A stretch of 63,734 nucleotides of DNA, the filler included, from Kipferlia bialata (Eukaryota), in assembly GCA_003568945.1 (NCBI GenBank). It is 5 parts of 5 records of this genome, joined end to end, with 100 filler letters (N's around TTAATTAATTAA, not from the genome) between each part and the next. Parts side by side here need not be neighbours in the genome. Positions count along the whole stretch, not along the records: positions 1 to 14,391 come from BDIP01000823.1; positions 14,492 to 28,880 come from BDIP01000824.1; 3 more parts are not named here. One strand, written 5' to 3'. Positions 14,001-26,200 of the stretch are shown here, in pieces (within the stretch, counting starts at the first letter, position 1; each line of letters starts with the position of its first letter). Under the pieces are notes generated by a model. It saw only the letters and a program-made list of their open reading frames with translations. It made no database searches and was not told the DNA's origin. Position numbers and translations under genes: made by a program.

Positions 14001-14251
14001 AGTAAACATCCATATTCTTTTCATATCGATATGTTATATATATATGTTATATATAGCAGTACCTGTTGGCACCACATAGTCCCTGAAGAAGTCTCTGTCG
14101 AGACAGTACTAATGAATATACTAATACACATATACTAATATATACAACACATTATACCTGTAGGCACCACATATCCTGTGAAGAACTGTCTGTCCAGACA
14201 GTACATGGCAAAAGTGAACTCGTGAGAGACAAGGCGGGCATAGTGAGTGAT
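296..14251 (-). CDS. Partial multi-exon gene (both ends off-scaffold) for a very large conserved uncharacterised protein
   Basis: Manually spliced GT-AG exons read in frame: ITHYARLVSHEFTFAMYCLDRQFFTGYVVPT-VLSKMQLDIVDHW (14251-13697), RYQ-GLDTTRTYAETTWYG (9712-9244), PFWLDALVH..FVTPHFLDL-AIRSKNSCTSLLAAVALTALPE (8916-8592), LLVQLPAGSVPLG, YPFYWPQTG-RFRIPPA, LDFRPLL, LGNKRSIPNERLDSHY, LQGSCLGAYIEL, WKDTVDDIARY. From memory, the motif order matches a ~2000-aa hypothetical family seen in Planctomycetes and protists; unverified without a search. Confidence 0.8.
11851..11926. other. Intra-scaffold N gap
   Basis: Run of N without the linker motif, inside an array of exon-end copies. Similar gaps at 18655-18699, 38505-38542 and 48825-48866. 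Confidence 0.95.
12669..13336 (-). repeat. Six-unit tandem array (period about 125 bp) of an exon 3' end, most units with a GT donor
   Basis: CTGGGCTCTTCATCTGCTCCACTAT(C/T)AC(A/T)GTGATGTCT recurs near 12669, 12797, 12921, 13044, 13169 and 13296. It encodes DITVIVEQMKSP. Only the 13292-13381 unit is a complete exon. Confidence 0.95.
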
Positions 14252-14391
14252 CTTGGGTGAATGAGTCTTAAGCCGAAACAAATAGCTATTCAGATGGAAT
14301 AGTTTTACACCAACTCATATAGTGTGAACTACTTAAAATTCACGTTATATACAATTCCTAAATTGTTGTATGTATTCATAAGTATGTACCT

Positions 14392-14491
14392 NNNNNNNNN
14401 NNNNNNNNNNNNNNNNNNNNNNNNNNNNNNNNNNNTTAATTAATTAANNNNNNNNNNNNNNNNNNNNNNNNNNNNNNNNNNNNNNNNNNNN
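14392..14491. other. Artificial scaffold-joining linker
   Basis: 44 N + TTAATTAATTAA (stops in all six frames) + 44 N. Confidence 0.99.
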
Positions 14492-14505
14492 GGGGGGGGG
14501 GAGAG

Positions 14506-14549
<44 letters not shown>

Positions 14550-14552
14550 TAC

Positions 14553-17469
14553 CTTAGAAACCCAGTCATCTGGTTTGCCCACTTCACTGAGAGTGTTCCC
14601 ATTGGAGGCTACGACCCGGCTCATAGATTGCATCATCAGACTGGGACGTAAGAAGCATTTTGCAAGGGGGGGGGGGGGTACACATACAATACCAAACCAT
14701 CATCATCATGCTAGGATACACCCACCCACCTCTCAGCACTTGCCAGTGTGTCTTGGGAGAAGCACACACTTCTGACCGACACCTGTCCCTTGCCCTTGAG
14801 GGTCAGGGACTGGGGTTAGAGGGAGGTGACTCATGTAGCCCAAGGATACAGAAGGAGAGCAGACAGAGAGATGTACATACCTGAGAAGGAGAGAATGCAA
14901 GGCTGAACCCCTTTGGAGCGAATGGCACGTCGAATAGGCCACCCGCATTGTCAGGGTACACCCTCATAACGGACTGGGGTGAGGGGCATGATGTACATTA
15001 CAGTTCAACCCAGAACATTGATACACATCCACCCACCTGCGCCGTGAGCTCTGTCACAAGCACGTCCCACAGACCCGCATTCTGCATGAGCCTTGCGGCT
15101 GTGTTGACTGTGTCTCCGAAGATGTCATACATGAGCTCCTGGCTGCCTAGGACACCCCCTGTCACAGACCCGGAGCACACACCGGCACGGACACCTGGGG
15201 TGGGGGCAGGGTAGATGGGCGGGGGGGGGGGGGTAAGAAGAAACACAGATAGTGGAATATGGTGCTGACCTGCTATAGTGTCTAGAGCCACGCCTGCCCG
15301 TCTAAGAATGGACACGGACATCTGTGCATAGAGACACAGGTGGAATATGCACCTGGGTCAGGAGCGGACTGGAGGTGTATAGGGGAGGCGATGGGAGTAT
15401 GAGTCCAGCCACATACATGCATACCTGGCGTCGAATCCCTTCTTAGGGCAGAGCTGCCCCACAGGCACAGCGTCCTCGGCATCTGTCTCAATGTATCTGA
15501 TACGCAGGATGAGGGACTCCTGGGTGCCTGGGGGGTCAGGGACATGTATATAACATTGTAAATAGGAGCAGTGCATATGAATACCAAAACATATGATAAT
15601 GTCCTCACCCTTGATCTTCTCCAGCGATGACACGCCCTCCAGCACCCTACTGGCATCTAGCACAAGGACGTCAAAGAGACCCATCAGGATGGACAGGTCC
15701 TGAGTCAGTAGGAGACACTTGCAGGGGGGGGGGGGAGAGAGAGAGAGACAGAGAGAATAGAGATATGGAGCCGCACCCTTATGAACCCGGCCTCTGCCAC
15801 GTTGTCCCTGCTGGACACAGACACAAAGGCTATGATGGCATCCTCCTTCGTGATGTTCTTGACAGTGCCGGGTAGTGAGGAGTCCCTTCCCTGCCCCTCC
15901 CCAATAGAGGACAGAGCAGAGACGGTGGGGGCCACAGGGTCCTTCCCCTCTCTCTTGCACACTGGGAGGTGTGGGAGGGTGGTGCTGGAGGGGGAGGTGA
16001 CATAGCACCGTGTGCTCTTAGGCAGCGCAGAGAACAGAACCCGAATGGCAGCCTTGATGGACCTGGGGGTAAACCGAAGGAGAGAGAGAGAGAGAGAGGG
16101 ATGGAGAGGAAGGGGAACTCGTGAAGAGAATAGAGGGAGCAAGAGAGACAATGCTGTGCCCGTACTCGTTGCTCTTCCTAGCCTGTGCCTCAACCTTGGC
16201 CTCCTTGGCCACACTGGGGGTCAGAGAAGAACAACAACAACACATAGACAAAGACGGGGGGGGGGGTAGCGGGTGGAGAGGGCAGGAGAGGAAGAATCAA
16301 ATAAGTGTCCCGGTACCTGTGAGACCACATCTTGATGGTGAGTGTCTGTACTCCCACCCCTGCCAAGGTGCCCGCAATGGTCAGCTGAGGGTGAGGGCGG
16401 GAGAGAGAGGGGGGGAGGGGTACGGGGAGTGGTTGTGCCATGCAAGACATGGGGATATCAGTAGCTACGCACCTGCCACCCCTTGAGGTTGTGGAAGTCC
16501 TTCAGCGACACTATAGTGATGAACACTGCTCCAACCAGGGCCAGCCTCCGGTAGCCACTGGAGAGGTACGCACCTGGGGGGTGAGAACAGAAACATAATC
16601 AACTCACATAAGTCAATGGAGTGTGTAAAACATACCCCCTGCGGCCAGTAGGAAGTGGAGCAGACACAGGGAACAGATGATCTCAGAGAGAAAGAAGCTA
16701 GCGGTGACCCATACGTCAGTGGTCTTGGCCAGCATGATGCTGATGCAGCACACACATACAGAGAGGGTGCTGGGGTGAGGCAGGGAGAGAGAGATATGGA
16801 TAGGAGAAGACATGTCTATCGAATGTGATTACAAATATGCATGGGTAATGGTCAATGCAACTCAAGACCCACTCAAGATCTCCACCGTCTCTATCAGGCT
16901 ACATTGGCCATCGCACATGAAAGCAATAGAGACATACAGACATATAGTTATATAGACATGTCCTCAACACAGTGAACAATCTGATCTCGGAGACTCACCT
17001 CACAATCACCAGAGACGCAATGTGCCTATCTCTATGCCGGTTGAGCCAGAATATCAGCAGCCCACAGGCCACGCACACTGCGTCGCCAAAGACCATGGCG
17101 CCATCTGGGGTGAGGCATATCAGTATGGTTTGGCTTTTGGTCAAGGGATAATAATAGAACGACGTACGCGTGTGCCCTTCGTGGTCGTGGGGAGGGGTCA
17201 GTAAGGTACGGCACATCAGGATACCGACGAGAACCAGGATGTAAGATATAGTGGCATACTGTGTCCCTGGGCCGCACAGCAAATACGGTGTCTTGTGGCC
17301 AGTCCTCTCCTTCGTTTTCGTAAGTTGTGGGGTGTTCGTAGTACACTCCATGCATACTGTGGGAAGCAAAGGCCGCGATACCGCGGCCCTGCCAAGCGTA
17401 GGCATACTGAGCACAAGGAAGCAGTGCTGATGGGTCTTTGTAGATAAGATTGGATTCACTCACAGGCAT
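14553..17469 (-). CDS. Multi-TM class III nucleotidyl (adenylyl) cyclase, 3'-truncated by scaffold end; start approximate
   Basis: Hydrophobic exons at 16317-17270, followed by IIAFVSVS..., DLSILMGLFDVL...LEKIK-GTQE, GVRAGVCSGSVTGGVLGSQELMYDIFGDTVNTAARLMQ (15037-15193) and LTLKGKGQV (about 14780-14809). These are class III cyclase motifs. Confidence 0.9.
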
Positions 17470-17583
17470 CTGTTTGACCACAGGCCACAAAAAACAGTTC
17501 TTGTAGTGAGGGTGTAGTGCGATGCTTTACTTTGGGATGAGCTTACTAGTAGAGATCTAACATAACACACTCTATTGAAGAGT

Positions 17584-20263
17584 CTATTCCACATCTGCAA
17601 CGTCATCCTCCGCGTCTAGCCTCTCTCTCTCTGTGTCAACCTCAATAGAGTGCATCTGCGCACCTAGAGTTAATTAGTTGATTGACTCAGAGGAATGGTT
17701 ACATATATGAGTTATAGGGTGAATGTACCTGTGAGCATGTCTCCTATTGCCAGTAGACCACCCCTGGGGAAGAGGAGCGTGGAGGCAGGGGATCCATCAG
17801 CTGTCGAGTCGAGGGAGAGGGAGAGGGGATCCAGAGGAGGGCCCTGGGGGTTAGTAGTATTCACTAACAAGTACTGCATAGATGGAGACTGGTACACACA
17901 CACACACTGTGACACCCTGGTACCTGTACAGAAGACCCGTCCCCCAGTGTGTACACCCTGTGTGCCTGTACCATGCTGTCTCCTATCATGCCCCTCAGGG
18001 CAGAGAGCACAGTGGAGGGCACGCACACACGGGACCTGGGGTGAGTGGAGAGAGAAGGAGAGAAAGGCCTAAGATGTGGAACCCCTTCGTGCCTTGCGAC
18101 CACCTCTGCGAGGGGTATACCCGGCGTGGATGACACCATGGCGGCCAGGCCCTGCCTCACAAGCAGCATGGACCGGAGGTCAACGGAACCTAGGGGTGAG
18201 CGGATGTCCTTAATTTATGCCCTATCATGAATATAGTACACATGCCATACTACGGCACCTGTGTATGTCTCAGGTGCCACTGCACTGGGCACATCCTTGG
18301 GAGGCAGGGTGGATACCACAGGCTCTGGGGCGCTGGGCCTCATCCGGTGCATGTTGGGTAGCTGACTGGGGGGGATGCCAAGGGACACGGACCCAGGGGA
18401 GTCTGGGGTGGGGAGAGAGGCAGGGAATAGAGAAAACACTATCAAGTGAACTGTTACCTCTGAGAAGTCTGACAGTGCAACAGCTATACATACAATTAAC
18501 ATACAATATACAGACACTATACCATACTACATATATCGACATGTACCTCCGAGGCGTCTGACGAGTGCCACGGGTACCCTAGGGCCCAGACCCTTGTCCA
18601 GCTTGATCATCTGGGGGGAGGGGGAAGAAGGATAGAAGAGATACATACACTGATNNNNNNNNNNNNNNNNNNNNNNNNNNNNNNNNNNNNNNNNNNNNNA
18701 TACACTGATGATACACTGAGTCCCCATAGCCATAGCTTGATCATCTGGGGGGAGAGAAGAGATACATACACACAGACACAAGGGATGCATAATAGAGAGG
18801 TGGTACTAGCATAAAACAGTGTACCTTCTTAATCAGCTCCCATGCGCTAGAAATCTTGGCATTACGCTCAGTGTCGGCAACGGGCCTCTTCCTATTGCGT
18901 CTCTCCCTGTTATCAGAAGACTCTATATCCCGTCAGCTAACCAATGAGTATCTATCTAGGGTGGGACGCAGGTATCTCACATCTGCATACTATCCACGCA
19001 CCTGTCCTTCTGGGCCTGCCCCCCATGTCCATCCACCCAGTTGAGGTCGAGGGGGGGGAGAACAGGTAGGGGGAGAAGGGTGCCTGGGGTGGGGGGGGGG
19101 GGCGAATAGAGGGACAGAGAGAGAGAGATTGACCTATATCCACACTGCCGCACCCTGCATGGTCTCCTCTGCCAGGGAGACTGGGACGGCAGGGGGCATC
19201 GGGGTCTTGGACTGGGGTTAGGTCAAGGGGCAGGTAGCCACATACTATAATATATACAATCAATCTACGTATCACATGGTAACTCATACATAATACACGC
19301 ACCTTGTGGCATGCAATGACTGAGAAGGGCGAGTCCCTAGGCCCATCCTCCAGACAGAGCTCGGAGGGGGGCTTGGCACCTAGCCTGGCAGTGAGAGAGT
19401 GGTAAGCAATTAAAATATAGAGGGAGAGAGAGAGGTACTGACCTGCAGAGCTGGTTGAGAGGCCCTGGTAGCACTGGGTCACTGGGGTATCTCTCAGGGG
19501 GGTATACAGCGGCCAGGACAGAGAGAGCAGCAGGTACGTTGGGGGATAGAGCCGACCCAGCTGACTGGATGAGGGACAGGGGGTACTTGGCTGGGGGTCA
19601 GAGGGAGTGGGGGAGTTACGTAGAGAGAGATAACTGCGACAGATATACATATGGCATATACCCACCCGAGAACGATGGCTCCCTCGCGTCTGCCACCAAT
19701 GCATTGGCACCCAGTCTGCGCTGCATGAGGGATGTGAACACACCAAGGTCGGTGGAGGGAGAGGTCTCGGCAATGCCTGGGATGTGAGTGTATGCAAAGT
19801 AGAGTATCAGGTCCTCATTGGCTGAGTCATACATGAATGATACATGCGCCACACCCTGGAATGTCTGCTTGACTGCCTCTGAGGAGTATGCCTCGGAGTC
19901 TCTGTCTGGGAACAGGCACCCCCTGTACCTGGGGGGTGAGGGGAGGGGGAAAAGGTTATAGGGACACTTGTATTGTAGTCATAGGTTCATGGGCAGCTAT
20001 GGATCTATATATGTGTATGACACATCGTACCTGTGCCATGCTGTTTGGTCCATGCCTGCCTGTTGCAGTTCCTGGTCCAGATCTGGGAACCTGGGGTTAT
20101 AAGGAGGGTGGGTGATATATGATACATAGTCATATTACTCCTCACATACAATGGCGCATATACATGATACACACCTGTCAGGGGGGTTCATGATGGGGTG
20201 GTACTCCAGAGAGGCCATTACGGTCTGGTCACCTGGGGTGAGGGGGTAGGTGGGGTACAGAGC

Positions 20264-20296
<33 letters not shown>

Positions 20297-23200
20297 CATA
20301 CGGAAACATACCTGGCCAGAGGTGCTCTGGCAGCACCAGGTCCCCACCCCTTGCCTCTCTCTCCCTCTCCCCCATCCTGCTCTGCTGCTTAAGGAGAGCC
20401 AGTCTAGTAGAGGCATCCCTCAGAGACACCCGGGAGGTCTCCTTCCTACGCACCTGCAGTTAGGGTGCATATATACTTATATATATGAATATTACACTAC
20501 ACTATATATACAGTGCACCCATTACCTTCTGGTTGTGTGCGGCCACGGCCCATCTGTCAGACATGCCAACCCCAGCCAGTAAGGCGCCACTGGCCAGCAT
20601 AGACTCAGACAGAGACCCACCGGGGGGTAGGCCACGGGACACCTGGGGGTGAGGGGGGTGGGACAAACATCGTTGTATACATACAGTGATATAGTCTATA
20701 TACTGCTGGAGCGAATACTACACACTATACCTGCTTGCCCTCGTCCTGCTCCTCCTCCCCCTCTCCCTCTCTCTCCCTCTTCTTGCTCTGGGTCCTGCCA
20801 GACCCCTTCCTGGTCACCTTGGCTCCCTTGGGGTTCTTCTTCTGGGTATCAGCACACAGACACCACTTGACAAGTATATACAAGTATGACACATTGAAGT
20901 GTGACCAATACATATATATCCACCCACCTTTGCCTTCTGCTGCAGGACTACCAGGGTGTCACCAGAGGACAGTTCCACGGTGCTCTCCTCTATCCTGTCC
21001 GGGTGGTATGGGCCAAAGCGTTCATGTCTGGTGTGTTAGAGTACGTATAAGATAGTTAACTCTATATACTCACCCCTTCTAAATGTGTAAATGAATCATA
21101 CCACTTAGAGAGTGACTGTAGTACCACCCCACCCCACCTGTGCCTCGCCTTCTGCCACATCCTAGTACCTACACAGGCAAAGCCCTTGCACTGGGGATAT
21201 ACACCTGGGGGGTTAGAGGCCTAGACACTTCACTGTTCAATGAGTACTACACTATATTCATAAATATATATCTTGACGCCACCCACCTATCAGCCTGGCA
21301 GTCTTTCTGATGTATGACTTCATGCCCTCTCTCTCCTCCTCCGGGGGCTGGTCCAGGTGCTGGGTGCGGAACCTGGGGTCAGAGGAGAGGGGTGGGGGGT
21401 ACACTAACGCCAGTAATCAAAACCAATGCACCAAGTAGTGTTGACAGTCTACATGCAGCCCACCTAGATGTGTGGTCTCCGAGGGGGTCTAGGCTCGACA
21501 GGTGGATGCTGGGGTGAGACGAGGTAGGTCAGATGGCATCGCGTAAGACATACACCCCCCCACCTTCTCGACTGCCTAGTTGTGTTGAGTGAGCGTGTCC
21601 AGGCATCCCACACACTACCCTTCTCCGTTTTGACTATGGAGTCAACGTCGCCCTCAGCAATGTCCACATCGTCCTCGGGCTCCAGGTCATCATCCTCCTC
21701 CTCTCTCTCTGCACCCTTCCTCTTAGACCTCTTGCTAGGCGGCACTAGAGACCCCAGTACCCAGTTCGGCCTGATGTCAACATGACACTACAATGAATAC
21801 TATTCACAAAGTACATAATCGACAGCGTCCAGATTCAGATACACCCACCTCTTGTAGAGATTCTTCGTGAAGCTGTAGACTGCGTCTGGGACACCAGCTG
21901 CCATCATGTCTCCCGCGAGATAGGCAGCTGTGGGGGGGACTGGGGGTTAGAAGGATGGTGATATAGTCACCCTTGTCTGGGAGAGCCAGTACACATAATA
22001 CCGATATTGACCCACCCGAGTGTATGTGCTTGACCTCCACCGCTGCCCTCACACTCAGGGCAACGTGCTCCTCGGCAGTGGCCCATATCTCCTGGGGGGT
22101 GAGACACACACATACACACATCTATATATATGTGCATACTGTCCTACGCACCTTGAGCCCTGTGTCCGTGGCCTCGGGACTGGCCCTAGCAAAGTCACAT
22201 CTGTACCACAGGTCCTCGGACCCGTCTCCCTCCATGGCGGTCCCCTCTGCCTTCTCCCCACTGCCACTGGATCTGGTCCAGGAGGTCACAACGCTGGCAG
22301 CGGCCTGGGGGTCAGTATAAGACCCACTGCAACACTCACTACGCTCCTAATGCTCCTTACCTCGGTGACAAAGAGACGAGGCTCCAGGTAAGTGGTACCA
22401 ACACCCTCATACTGAGCCAGAACCTCCCTGGGGGTCAGATAGTATTGTCGAATATACATACTATCCACATACACACACTATATCCACACCAGAACTCCTC
22501 ATACTGTATACACACCCTCATACTGAGCCAGAACCTCCCTGGAGTCAGGTGGGATTGTCCGATTATGACACAATTCAACATACACTATTATCACACCGGA
22601 ACTCCTCCTGCTCCTCATACTAGATACACACTATGTTAGAGAGTGTTGCTAGTACAGTGTTCCACACATGCACCATACCTGAACTCCTCCTGCTCCTCAC
22701 ACAATACCTATACACACACTATACACTATCCTGCATATCCATACCTGAACTCCTCCTGCTCTTCACACTTAACACATATACTATATACTACTCTAAGTAT
22801 ACACACCTGAACTCCTCCTGCTCCTCCTCGGCCTCCTTGATCCACTCCTCCACAGCTGCAGGGACACGGGGGAGCCTGGGGTGAGAGGGTGTGTGATAGT
22901 GAGTGTGTTACAAACTGATGTTTCATATGGGGACCCATAGTCGTAGATACCAACTAACACCCACCTGAACGAGAATGTCAGCTCATAGGCGTCGTTCTGG
23001 GGTGGGGGCGACGTCAGGCTGACCCCGTGTGTATCTGCCCAGGTGGACAGGTCGGAGAGGTACGAGGGAGGGGCCTCTCTCTTGCCAGACAGAACAGCCC
23101 TGGTGATGAGGAAAGGCATACACAAGTAAATACGTTTATACTCATTCATAACTAGTCAATGAGACAAGAGAGAGTTACATATGTGTGCACCTGATCGGGT

Positions 23201-26200
23201 CTGCCAGTGGTCTGATGAGACCCATAGTGACTAGGGGCTCAAAGAGGTGCTTGCCCATGGAAGTAAGGGTCTGGTTGCCTACGGTTGGTACATATTCATA
23301 TATATATGCCACCCTATGCTCGTACCCAACTCTAATTTTACAAATGAAAATGGACTCAGTCACGCCCACCTGAGAAGTACTCGACCTTAGACAGGGGTAG
23401 CTGGGATAGGGTACCCCTCCTCTCCGAAGGTGTGAGGGCAGAGTACACAGAGCGGGGCATCTCCTGTTGTCAGTATCCATATAGTAGTATACGTATTGAA
23501 ACATGTACGTGACATGTATGCTGATAGTGACAGGGAGGTAGATCCAAATTGTATAGTGACACACACTCACCAGGATGCCTACATAGCGGATGAGAGCTCC
23601 CACAGTCATACGTGCCCTGAGGCCTAGGGGTTAGAGAGTGTTCAATAGTATCAACACACCACATGCCTTCCTATTATCACACATATACATACGCCCACCC
23701 ACCTCCCGCCGTGAATGTGCCGGGGGGCATGGGGGGGATGTGGGCACTGGTACCCGCACTATGGTGGACGGGGGTGATGGCGAGTCTGGGGTAAGGGCCA
23801 TGGAGATATACCTTGATAAGCTGCACCTCCACCCACCTGTAGAGCAAGAGACTGAACTCCCTGATCCTGGCATACATCAGAGGTTCCACCCCAGGGGGTC
23901 CTCTCCAGAGGGTCTCTCCCTCCCCCTTGAAGTCAGCCTCTGTCTCTCCCTCTGCCTCCCCCTCTGCGTGCATGGGTGTCATCTGGGACATGGAGGAGAG
24001 GGGCACACCTGGGGCATCCAGGCATGGGGTGCTGTCCATGAGGGGGAGGGGTGCTAGTAGGGTCGCAGCCTCGACACCGGCATCCGTCAGAGTGTACATG
24101 CCCAGGACCTGGGGGTTGAGAGAGAGAGAGACAGTATGTATATCATACAGTGGATGTACACTGACCTGCTGCATCGTGCCCTCCTCCACCTGGGTCTTGA
24201 TGATGCGGTCCAGGGTGCGTCTGTCCATGGTCGTCTTGGTCCCACTCATCTTGTCCTGGGCCTGGGGGTCAGAGGGGATATACAAGTATTGGTATGGTCA
24301 CTACGCTGTAGACAACCACTATATGTCTGCCCCACCCTAGCATACTTGACTATCTTGGACAGGGGTCGGGCAGAGGGGGCACACGCAGCTGGGGGTGGGG
24401 TCGGTAAAGGGCGGTTATCTAAGTGTCAAAGAACACATATACACTCACACCCGTACCTAGGTACTGCAGGATGTACCCTGTGAGAAGAACCTTCCTACTC
24501 TGCTTACGAGGGGTTGCTAGCGGTGTGCCACCTGAAATTAGAGAGGTCAGGGGGAAGTGACACAGAGACACACAGGCAATGAATGAATATGGAACACACA
24601 CACACTCATATCCACTCACCCATGCTGGGGGACCCTGGGTAGGACCGGCTGAGTGGTGATGCAGCGTACATCGAGGGAGTGGCTGACATGGCGGGTGAGG
24701 GGTGCATGTGAGCACTGGGAGTGGACAGGGTGGACACAGGCACCATGCCCATATCCATGTCTACATCCCCATGTGTCTGTCTCTGTCTGGCTGGGGTGCT
24801 AGGCACACTGTCAACCACAGCCCCAGGGGGAGGGGGTGGTAGCATTGCCTCGCCATCCATCTCACTCATACCCTCACCCATACCGGACGGGGGTGCAGGG
24901 GGGAGGGTCATGTCAGGCAGGCCCTGCACAGCGGCAGTCAGGTGGTCGGCAGCCACCTAGGGTAAATGGGGGCATTGACAAGAGGCCAACCCTTATTGGG
25001 AACTACAATACCAATAGGAAGAAATAACAGTGCAAATAGCAACTCCTTACCTGAGCCGGAGTCCTGGGCACTGGGATGGACACCGAAGGGTGGAGGGCAA
25101 CCTAGTGGTGAGCAAAGAGGGGTTTAGAGCCAAGATTGTCTAACACATAGAAGTACGATTATTCAACCCGTACCTGTGCCCCTGCAGCAGCTGTCTGGTG
25201 GAATATGGCCGAGTGCAGCCTGTTCATGCTGAGCCCCACCGCCCTGTCCGGCACCTCTAGGTCCCACATGTACTGGTGACGGGGGTGGGGGATGTCAATG
25301 TAGGGCTGGCTCTGGGGGTGAGAGTAGATATGGTGGGGTTGGGAGAAGTATGGGACAATCCCCTAAAGAGTGAGAGTACCTCCGCCAGGTCCCTCCTTGC
25401 CTCCTCCTGGTCGGGTTCCTCAGAGATGTACAGCTCGTGCACAGTCTCCTTGTTCCTAGGGTGTAAGAGAGGTAGATGTATACACATACATGTATATATA
25501 TGGGAGGGGTATATTTGACAAGGGTACGTAGAGTGGAAAGCGAGTATATACATGTGTCTAACCTCAGTTGTTTGTTTCTGATGAGCACCCCGTTCCTCTT
25601 GGAAATGTCATCTGCCACACCAGAGGTCACCTGGGATAAGACAGGGGGCGGGGGTTGTTAGAGCGTGGCAGAAAAGTCAAGAGTCACCAATTCTGAAACA
25701 TATATATAAATAGTACCGCCCTTACCTTCTGCCTCGTGCCCAGGAGTCTTGACACGTCAGATGTCACTATGCCTGGGTATCTGATGACACTGGACTGCAC
25801 AGCTGGGTGCAGGGGGACCCAGGGGGGTAGTCTGAGGGTGAGGGCGGGACAGGTACATTCGATCGGACCACAAGAATGAATATATATATAGAACTACCGT
25901 ACCTACTGACCGATGCGTATCGTATCTTGGAGAGGGGCGTCCACACCGTTTCGGTTCCCTCGTCCGATATGCCCTTCCCAGTCCACCTGGCATGAGAGGG
26001 GGAGTAGATGACTATCTAATGCATATGTAGTGCTGATGCAGGGCTGTACCTCAGGTAGAGTTCCTGGACCCCAGTGCTAGCTGTCACTCCCTGTGATACA
26101 ACGTTCTGGGTCTCCCTCCTCCGAGACTCTCCTGACACGGCACCAAACTGGCAGTGAGGGGGGTAATCTATGTAGAGGGAAGAGAGTGGAGTAACTGAAC

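Noticed and set aside
14392..14491. Recurring N-flanked TTAATTAATTAA palindrome about every 14.5 kb
   Set aside because: Artificial concatenation linker. Scaffold lengths descend (14389, 14382, 14369), so adjacency across linkers has no biological meaning.
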